Positions 13,901 through 20,000 of a stretch of DNA of 20,000 nucleotides are shown in pieces. The position numbers were made by a program, and so were the translations under genes. The DNA lies in IMG/VR virus record IMGVR_UViG_3300024261_001453. One strand, written 5' to 3'. The notes under the pieces were generated by a model, which did no database searches, had not been told where the DNA came from, and saw only the letters and a program-made list of their open reading frames with translations. This DNA comes from an uncultured virus (IMG/VR IMGVR_UViG_3300024261_001453). Its lineage: Duplodnaviria; Heunggongvirae; Uroviricota; Caudoviricetes. Position 1 is the stretch's first letter, and every line of letters starts with the position of its first letter.

Positions 13901-16817
13901 TTTTGAAGGTGATATGTATATTACAACTAATGCTGATTTGGTAGTTAGAATAGATGGTTTAACAAGAACATTTCAGACGAGTTATGGTGTTACTGGATTA
14001 ACACATTCGATTTTTTATGAACCGGTTAATGAGGGTATATATGTTTATGGATCTGCTAGTTTATGGAAAATAGATAATGGCGCTACACAATCGATTGCTT
14101 TACCATCACAAGCATTCAATGATGTTATATTTAATAATATAACTGGTGAGATGAACGTATCCGATTCATCTACAAATTTTACTAGAATGAATTTAGATAC
14201 TGATTTTTATTTACAAACCGGTGTTTCTAATTATGGGTATTTAATGATAAATCAATTTGATGGTGATGTTTATTTATCATCACAAACATATGATAATATA
14301 CTGGTTTTGGATGGTGTTGATGGTACTGTTAAATATACCGCTCCTGTGAGCGCACAGACGACAAAATTAGTTTATAATCCTGAAAGAAAATCTATATGGG
14401 CAATACAGCCATCTATAAACTCAGTCGTTGAGCTTGATGTTGAGCTTGGTGGTGTTATAAATTTATTACCACCAACATATGATACAATTGAGGATAATCA
14501 ATACGGTACTTTGGATCCAGATTATGAACAAAGAGAAAGTATTTGGTTAAAAACCAGAGATTATATGAGAAGACCGAGAGAAAATTTTGAGGGTGATGTC
14601 TCTGTTAAGTATTATTGGAGGTGGCTTTCTGATAATGTTCCTCAATTCTTCTTATATGATTTTAGTGGTATTCAATTAGATAGAACCACAACTGGATCAT
14701 ATTCTTATATTGGTGAAAGACCTTTAACAGAAGTAGTTCTTAATAAATATCCAAATAGTGATATTAGTAAGGTATCTTTGTCACAATACCAACAAACTAT
14801 ATTCGATAAGGTCGAACAAACATTAAGTTATGTTGATGATGAGGATGATATTTCAACTGATGTAGAACCTTTGCAATTATTTTTGGGATTCAAATCTGAA
14901 AATCCAGGTGCTTTAAGATCTGTATTGCAATTGTATAAGAAAGAAGAAATTTATTTCGATATTATATCGGATACTGTGAATAGTATTACACTTGAAACTT
15001 TGGATATTAATAATGAGAATAAAAGAGGTCAATTAACAATATTAGAATCATCAATTGAAACATTTACTAAAAAGGGATTAAAACCTGGTCAACATATTGT
15101 TGTTTATTTAAAGGATACTATGAATGATGAAAATCAGTATATATCTGGTAATAATGGTATTCTTTTGAAGGTTAGGGAGGTTTATACCAAGACGTTAGTT
15201 GTGGATTTCTTTAATCTATCTTATGACTTCATAGAGTATGAAAATACTGTTATATCGGATTATCCATTTGTCGGTACTAATACTTATTTAGATTTAAGTA
15301 TAAAGGTTGTTGATAGAGAAATAGGTAGGTTCACAACCTATGCTGAGACAGAGGAGGAAGATATTCGATTTAAAGTAGAATTGGGTAATGTTGGTAAATT
15401 AATTGGTCCAAATGAAGTTTTTATATTCAAGGAGTATGATATATTAGAGGGTGGTATAGACTGGCCTTATCTCAATAAGAAGAGAAAGGAGATGTTGATG
15501 ATGAAACATTTGATATATCCTTATATCGGAGCTTATAAGTCTATTATAAATGCGATTAATTACTTTGGTTATAATGATTTACAATTGAATGAATATTATA
15601 AAAATGTTGATCCAGCTTCCGAGAATTTCTCTAAGTTGTTTAAGGTTGAAATACCTGATATATTTGATAATAGTGTTGATGGTTGGGAAGAAAATGACTT
15701 CATAAAACACACAATGCCGAATAATAAATTTGATGGTACAAATTTATTTAATTTAACATATTTTATAACAGATAAAGAGGGTAATAATGTACTCAGTTAT
15801 AGTATTGATGAAATTATTATAAAATTACAAGGATTGAAATTTTGGCTTAAGAATAATATTATCCCATTGACACATAAGATAATGGATATAACAGGTAAAT
15901 CTTATATAAATAATGGTACTTATATAGTACACAAGGTACATGATGTTAGAATATTTAATATAAATCAAGAAATGACACCGATAACATTTAAATTAAATGA
16001 GTCTTATTTATCTCCTGTTAATAGTGGATCTACTGTTTATGATTGTGTTCTTGATTTTTATTCAATAATACCTGGAGTTGGTGCTGAGATTACACCATCG
16101 GAGACATTATTAGAAAAGCCTAAAACTTTTAATGGTTCTAATTTGGTTCTTCCTGATTATTTTAATATTAAAATAAGAACTTATAAAACTTATAAAGAAT
16201 GGGCTCCTTTTAAAACTTATATTACCGGTGATAAGGTTACTTATTATGATAAATTATATGAGTCTGTTATTGATAACAATAAGGTTAAAAATCCTAGAAA
16301 ATATGAAAATGCTACTGAGTGGAATGCTACTGATGGTTACCAATTAACTAATATAGTTCAATATAGAAGAGATTTTTATGTTTATAGTGGTTTAGGTAAT
16401 ACACAATCAATCATCAGTCCTAATTTAGATCCAGGAAATTGGTTAGATGTTACTGAGTGGAGGCAACTTGATTATGATCCTGTACAGACTATAAATGAAT
16501 TTAGATCTGGTGATGATTTGTTACCATTTAATTTCATTATTGATTCAAATATTGACCCGTTTATAGTCATTGAAGTTACATCAGATAATGGATATGGTAG
16601 TGTTTATAGTGATAAAAAAAATTATGAAATTAGAGGATTGAAAGATTTAACAGAACCATATAATCCTATTGATCCAATTGGTCCTTTTGAGCCAATACCA
16701 CCAGTTTATGGAGAACAACCAGCAATTCCTTTCCATGGTGGGCATGGAAACCCACATGGTGAGCCACCAGTACTACCACCACCCGGCCGTGGAGGAATTC
16801 CAAATATTTCGCCGTAG
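10950..16817 (+). CDS. Very large virion structural protein, probably a baseplate wedge/tail component with a beta-propeller and CBM5/12-like motifs
   Basis: 1955 aa, behind a late-type motif. YVTN/YncE-like blades (FNPINNYLY, MNPINGDVYV, FNDFEGDMYI, YNPERKSIW; ~13490-14440). IGAYKSIINAINYFGY resembles the baseplate-wedge GT/S helix motif. W..(K/G)TY..GDKVTY-type motifs near 16200-16440. Confidence 0.6.
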   Translation: MSNHKNLVFFNKEGDYLNFNYSESNDRFEGDMLFHENSTDTFKTYGLYTMENIPSFEFELPGELTTKKFQLFNEYGLNLYGAKYDDQDIINIEPVNNDPSFYSKWIYGIDFESKFPTGTLIKFNSPLFEFNNINQTYAVVSSKKNAIMIIGQMDNATFESTYYSSYIDVNSYDNKTITGINAVGVYNYIDSSYDNNLSDWSEPDFYDEYYVGKKLNLVNTEFNDSVVSVENIDVTDQVHFEFSTNNSNLPDDSNFIIEVITKTDIPKVYEGGLSITTDSRIYINNVFNYPHILKSGTEFKIIGSVDNQNFLRVSNIPTFAGNTQLTYYATQSQVLFNNRIYECVKGYTQSFASQTTSFVTPLNTNYWSNPTYVKVEQSTVAESLLSAQIYLTTDRYYFYTGWTSSAAVTLASAADKYKEDLKIFNIDLFYKNNTLKSDLIYPSDYAKVNFYHSEIGATYSIGSELKTSERLVEVEEELNYELNYDISENFKYNIVFTDIDEFGILVEVNKMIYDEEVAFIYTGSIIDMERTIDRTLRSWLSRWYLRLLSLGIIAELKYVGNYTSVFYNSIVLRTEYPNVPLDINNVEVGITANYHIEHSRVLFDDMGPFLNIIINDESYSQQTIYSGLLPDIPSTLSAWMEKHSEILVSFEIFVTNINNLLKFDIKHLGRRLDYTITTGKLNIPGLQDYIITEKILGNHGMLIASNEVLLPDTSLTSFEDSGFATGMVFAINNTYHPYVNQDFNIQFLDPQVLNLSYQGPFWGLTDSICNSSAFVTLAFDYGFGQTGCQPIIVPTQSEGGAFGGGDDGASPGLPMSSFDLNMFSLSYNLNEYVVNEYDLNSFSGTTGLVDIKYVQLSNSMYAYGDELVVIDAYIGQYITTVALPGNTQSIEVEFNPINNYLYCLSKNSIYVVDPLINTLINTISLSNDAFDIGMNPINGDVYVTYDNIPYIDIWEYNNLTNIPNHNLTTPSPLDTKTGKMVFNDFEGDMYITTNADLVVRIDGLTRTFQTSYGVTGLTHSIFYEPVNEGIYVYGSASLWKIDNGATQSIALPSQAFNDVIFNNITGEMNVSDSSTNFTRMNLDTDFYLQTGVSNYGYLMINQFDGDVYLSSQTYDNILVLDGVDGTVKYTAPVSAQTTKLVYNPERKSIWAIQPSINSVVELDVELGGVINLLPPTYDTIEDNQYGTLDPDYEQRESIWLKTRDYMRRPRENFEGDVSVKYYWRWLSDNVPQFFLYDFSGIQLDRTTTGSYSYIGERPLTEVVLNKYPNSDISKVSLSQYQQTIFDKVEQTLSYVDDEDDISTDVEPLQLFLGFKSENPGALRSVLQLYKKEEIYFDIISDTVNSITLETLDINNENKRGQLTILESSIETFTKKGLKPGQHIVVYLKDTMNDENQYISGNNGILLKVREVYTKTLVVDFFNLSYDFIEYENTVISDYPFVGTNTYLDLSIKVVDREIGRFTTYAETEEEDIRFKVELGNVGKLIGPNEVFIFKEYDILEGGIDWPYLNKKRKEMLMMKHLIYPYIGAYKSIINAINYFGYNDLQLNEYYKNVDPASENFSKLFKVEIPDIFDNSVDGWEENDFIKHTMPNNKFDGTNLFNLTYFITDKEGNNVLSYSIDEIIIKLQGLKFWLKNNIIPLTHKIMDITGKSYINNGTYIVHKVHDVRIFNINQEMTPITFKLNESYLSPVNSGSTVYDCVLDFYSIIPGVGAEITPSETLLEKPKTFNGSNLVLPDYFNIKIRTYKTYKEWAPFKTYITGDKVTYYDKLYESVIDNNKVKNPRKYENATEWNATDGYQLTNIVQYRRDFYVYSGLGNTQSIISPNLDPGNWLDVTEWRQLDYDPVQTINEFRSGDDLLPFNFIIDSNIDPFIVIEVTSDNGYGSVYSDKKNYEIRGLKDLTEPYNPIDPIGPFEPIPPVYGEQPAIPFHGGHGNPHGEPPVLPPPGRGGIPNISP

Positions 16818-16932
16818 TGTTTCGAATCCAAAATAATAGCTCATCAAAAGTTGAATATTTTACCTAACGCTCGATTAATTTAATGGTACACGTTTCCAGA
16901 CATATACGGTTTTTAGTAAAACTAAACATCAT

Positions 16933-16966
16933 AAAAAAACCCCATCATAAAAATGATGGGGTTTTT
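16933..16966. terminator. Bidirectional intrinsic terminator
   Basis: aaaaaccccatcat-aaaa-atgatggggttttt perfect inverted repeat between convergent genes. Confidence 0.9.
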
Positions 16967-16987
16967 ATTTATTGTTTATTCTATTAT

Positions 16988-17668
16988 TTAGTTGTTTGGT
17001 TCAACAACGTTTGCTTCAACAACTTCCGATTCAACCTCTTTAGCTACTGGTGGTGCGATATTAACACCCTCTTCAAAAGAAAGTACCCAGTCTTGTATTT
17101 GAGTTGAAAGATTCTTAGCTGTAGCATCATAGTAATTAAATACTTTACTGATTGCTCCAATTCTACGTAGAACTTGTGCGAAGTAATAAGCTGCGTTTGT
17201 AAGTCCTTTTACTTTATGCTCTGATATTAAGTGATAGATATATGTTATCTCAGTTGCGTTTACAGGAAAAGATACTAGGTCTGTATCATTTGTGTATTTA
17301 GCTTCTTTCATACCACCTAATAATTCTGTTAGTTCGATAGCAAAGAATACAGTATTTGTATCATATTCTAAATGCTTAAGAATTAAATCAGTTAAGAATT
17401 TATATTGTTTTCTGTTTAGGTGAAAATTATATTTCGCATTTGTCATAACAACCGACAATTCTTTCCAAAGCATTTGTGAATTTTTATAAAGTTCATCTTT
17501 TTCTTCAGCGGATTTACCTTCACCATGATTATTTATCATATAATCATTGATTTCTTCTATTTTAGAATCAAGAGCTGATTCATTTTCAGGTGTTAATAAC
17601 AGTTGTTCTATTTCATTTTCCATGAAAGTAACATCTGGTTTGATAACATTTGTTTCGATTTGTGTCAT
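16988..17668 (-). CDS. Hypothetical protein (226 aa, predicted helical)
   Basis: Long ORF with typical codon usage and an A/T-rich leader, ending at the terminator. Confidence 0.8.
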   Translation of the reverse strand: MTQIETNVIKPDVTFMENEIEQLLLTPENESALDSKIEEINDYMINNHGEGKSAEEKDELYKNSQMLWKELSVVMTNAKYNFHLNRKQYKFLTDLILKHLEYDTNTVFFAIELTELLGGMKEAKYTNDTDLVSFPVNATEITYIYHLISEHKVKGLTNAAYYFAQVLRRIGAISKVFNYYDATAKNLSTQIQDWVLSFEEGVNIAPPVAKEVESEVVEANVVEPNN

Positions 17669-17697
17669 ATTAATTAATTTATTTTTTATCTATATTT

Positions 17698-17724
17698 ATT
17701 ATACTCTTTCTGTGTAAATTGTTT
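17698..17724 (-). promoter_or_regulatory. Putative early/middle promoter AAAC-N17-TATAAT
   Basis: Minus strand aaac-aatttacacagaaagag-tataat, 29 nt before the ATG at 17668. Confidence 0.5.
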
Positions 17725-17953
17725 CGTCAAATATTGAATTTAATGATTCTAATTTATCTTTTGAGTTTGTATATTTTTCAATCCATTTATCATGTTCATC
17801 CATTAAATCAGAATGTTCACCTATAGCTACTAAGTTGTTTACATATAGTGAAAGGTTAGCTCTTGCTTCTTCCATTTCTGCTTCATACTTTTTTCTTAAA
17901 GCTTTGATGTAGTTATATCCTAGGTTTTCACCTTGTTTTATCTTGTTTTCCAT
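17699..17953 (-). CDS. Conserved small coiled-coil phage protein
   Basis: ANLSLYVNNLVAIGEHSDL; an (I)GEH(S/P)D motif I recall from T4-like phage hypotheticals. Confidence 0.75.
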   Translation of the reverse strand: MENKIKQGENLGYNYIKALRKKYEAEMEEARANLSLYVNNLVAIGEHSDLMDEHDKWIEKYTNSKDKLESLNSIFDETIYTERV

Positions 17954-17954
17954 A

Positions 17955-18386
17955 TTAAACTATAAATTCTTCGTCACTTTTAGCATCCTTTTGTTGCTCT
18001 TGATACAATTCCTCAACTTTATTAGCTCTTGCTACTTTTTCCACACCATATTTGTTTACTAATCCAGAGAATGTATTAAGGTCTGTTCTAACTAATTTAA
18101 TTTTACCAGAATCGATGTTAATATTAATTTTATCAATTTCTTGTTCGAATAAAATTGTTATTGATTCATCATCATAAGCAGTTAATAAATCTTCATTGAT
18201 TGAAATCAATAATTCCTTATCCATGATTGCTACATACTTATCTGGTATTTTACTCACGTTGATGATTGCTTTTTGTTTCTGGTCTCCTTGAAATTGAAAT
18301 TTCATTGATACAGGGAATGACTTTTTATTGAAAATCTCATAAAAGTCGCTTATTGTGTCTTCCGACAGTTCGTAAAATCTATCCAT
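17955..18386 (-). CDS. Hypothetical protein, possibly an inactive homolog of the putative phage metallopeptidase family
   Basis: LLISINE...ILFEQEIDKI...GKIKLVRTDLNTFSGLVNKYG parallels the family pattern, but the HExxH histidines are absent. Confidence 0.55.
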   Translation of the reverse strand: MDRFYELSEDTISDFYEIFNKKSFPVSMKFQFQGDQKQKAIINVSKIPDKYVAIMDKELLISINEDLLTAYDDESITILFEQEIDKININIDSGKIKLVRTDLNTFSGLVNKYGVEKVARANKVEELYQEQQKDAKSDEEFIV

Positions 18387-18408
18387 TGTTTAATGTTTTT
18401 GTTTTTAT

Positions 18409-18435
18409 ATTATAAGGTGTATATATGAAAAGTTT
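18409..18435 (-). promoter_or_regulatory. Putative early/middle promoter AAAC-N17-TATAAT
   Basis: Minus strand aaac-ttttcatatatacacct-tataat, intergenic. Confidence 0.55.
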
Positions 18436-18440
18436 ACTAT

Positions 18441-18872
18441 TTATATAAATAAAAATAGTAATATCGTTGATAAAACGACAGCAGTTGGTATTACTTTATA
18501 ATATAAGTTATTGTAATACTTATCTGACTTAAAAATTGAAAATCCAACAACAATTAAGTATGAGTATTTATCAACTTTATCAATCTTATAAACATCATAA
18601 AGTTCTAGTAGTCCTTTTGAAGATAAATACTTTGATAATTCTGATGTATATTCTTTTATGTAGGTTTCTGATATTTTATCTATATCTGCCTTTTTAAGTG
18701 AAAAATTTTCCCCTATTAAATCTTCTGGTACGTTAAGTACTGTGTAAATTCTCTTAGCACTATCAATTCTAACATTGAATTTTGGCTCTAGTTCAAATTG
18801 TATTTCCTTTAAAATCTTTTTATAAGATCTAAAGAGTTTGATCTTTTTAAAGAGTGATATATTCTTATTCAT
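18441..18872 (-). CDS. Hypothetical protein with a C-terminal transmembrane anchor; likely start at ATG 18872 rather than 18914
   Basis: Ends VIPTAVVLSTILLFLFI. A promoter motif at 18877-18903 lies between the two candidate starts. Confidence 0.7.
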   Translation of the reverse strand: MNKNISLFKKIKLFRSYKKILKEIQFELEPKFNVRIDSAKRIYTVLNVPEDLIGENFSLKKADIDKISETYIKEYTSELSKYLSSKGLLELYDVYKIDKVDKYSYLIVVGFSIFKSDKYYNNLYYKVIPTAVVLSTILLFLFI

Positions 18873-18876
18873 AAAT

Positions 18877-18903
18877 GTTATATCATTAATAATGTTTTTG
18901 TTT
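18877..18903 (-). promoter_or_regulatory. Putative early/middle promoter AAAC-N17-TATAAC
   Basis: Minus strand aaac-aaaaacattattaatga-tataac-attt-ATG. Confidence 0.5.
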
Positions 18904-18926
18904 ATGTGAATCATTAATTTTAAAAA

Positions 18927-20000
18927 TTAGTTTAATTCCTCTACATTCTGAATCTTTCCATCACTCGCATCTTGTATAAATTCATCTATTGTGTTTGTTG
19001 ATTTGTCAATATTTGTCAATAATCCTATTAATAAATCCAGTTGTTGTGGTATTGATCTACCTTCTAAACCATACTTAGTTTTATCTGTAAGATTAGGTAA
19101 CTTAACATTCTTTTTACCAACTGATTCTGGTTTATCTTCTCCACCCCATAATCCGGTAAATTTACCGAGGTCATCCATTGGGTGCCATCCACCATCATTC
19201 TCACTTTTTATTTGACTTAAATCATTTGCTAATTGATCAGTTTGAAGAGATTTAACTTCCTTTAGCTTTTCCATGTTGATTGCTTCTAAAGCAATTCCAA
19301 ATTTCTCAAAAGAGGTGGTTAATATATCATATGAATCCGCTAATACAACCATACCACCTGCAATTCTCATTATTGGATCCTCTCCAAATCCAAATGCGCC
19401 AGCAACACTACCCAAGAAGGATCCTTCTTTTTCTTCGACTCTTGTTAAATACTCAGCTAATCTAGTATAGTCTATTATATTTCTGCTTAATTTCTTTATA
19501 AAGAGAGGGTCTATTTTAACATCAAAATATTTTTTATTTTTATAAAAAATATAAGCTGTGTTTGCCATAGCTTGTGCTACTCTATCAATAATACCCATAT
19601 CTTTTTCAGTTCTAACCACTTCCGTTTTCGTACTCGTCTTAGCACCGAAACCAGCAAATCCTCCTGATTTACTACTTGTAGTTTTTGTTGAAGTAGTTAC
19701 TAACATATCATCAAGCCATTTTCCCAACTTTGCGAATCCCATTACATTCGTAGCTATATTTGGTATAAATTTTGGATCTAGTTTAACTGCAAAATATCTT
19801 TTATTATCAAAAAGAATACGGGCTGTGTTTGCCATTGATTGAACACCACCCTCCAACATTGAGGAGTTCACAGAAAAACTGTATTCGCTGTATCCAGCCA
19901 TAGTTAAATCATAAAATATATCTAAAAAGGAATTTATCGCCTTTCGAATACCGATACCCCATGCTTCATCAGGATGATTTTGCCAATATTCTTTCCCAAC
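18927..20000 (-). CDS. C-terminal fragment of a larger helical protein with internal repeats (possibly tape-measure-like)
   Basis: The frame is open from the window end (VGKEYWQNHPDEAWGIGIRKAINSFLDIFYDLT-MAGY...). Repeat MANTARILFDNKRYFAVKLDPKF / MANTAYIFYKNKKYFDVKIDPLF, with Gly/Phe-rich segments. Confidence 0.6.
   Translation of the reverse strand, partial: VGKEYWQNHPDEAWGIGIRKAINSFLDIFYDLTMAGYSEYSFSVNSSMLEGGVQSMANTARILFDNKRYFAVKLDPKFIPNIATNVMGFAKLGKWLDDMLVTTSTKTTSSKSGGFAGFGAKTSTKTEVVRTEKDMGIIDRVAQAMANTAYIFYKNKKYFDVKIDPLFIKKLSRNIIDYTRLAEYLTRVEEKEGSFLGSVAGAFGFGEDPIMRIAGGMVVLADSYDILTTSFEKFGIALEAINMEKLKEVKSLQTDQLANDLSQIKSENDGGWHPMDDLGKFTGLWGGEDKPESVGKKNVKLPNLTDKTKYGLEGRSIPQQLDLLIGLLTNIDKSTNTIDEFIQDASDGKIQNVEELN

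Noticed and set aside
16883..17107. 74-aa plus-strand ORF
   Set aside because: It runs through the bidirectional terminator and is antisense to a real gene.
18991..19842. Four short plus-strand ORFs
   Set aside because: Antisense to the long minus-strand CDS.
1..20000. Stop-codon reassignment (as in some large phages), introns/inteins, mobile elements
   Set aside because: Coding density is high in code 11, recognisable genes are uninterrupted, and no transposase, homing-endonuclease or intein motifs were seen.

Overview
AT-rich segment of a large T4-superfamily (gp23-type) tailed bacteriophage genome, read in the standard code. Left: a prohead scaffold with 14-aa repeats (frame open past the left edge), the major capsid protein, a stand-alone NFACT-R/DUF814 RNA-binding protein, an M20/M28 metallopeptidase and an acidic hypothetical protein. 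Next is a phage tmRNA missed by the ORF track (5847-6223), with a GGCAGUA T-loop and a long tag ending LVEA. It is followed by NADAR, an N6-adenine methyltransferase and a truncated paralog of the major capsid protein. A five-gene minus-strand operon encodes proteins that all begin with a leader resembling the T4 capsid-targeting sequence. A 1955-aa baseplate-like protein follows, and the right end is a minus-strand block of hypothetical genes. Two promoter-like motifs partition the genes: TWATATATA (structural/late-like) and AAAC-N17/18-TATAA (non-structural). Several copies sit exactly 4 nt before an ATG. Strongest leads: (1) a putative set of virion-packaged cargo proteins including a ribosome-rescue-type NFACT-R domain, near a non-canonical tmRNA; (2) a capsid-protein paralog in an apparent counter-defence cassette. 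All family assignments come from motif recognition by eye, not database searches.
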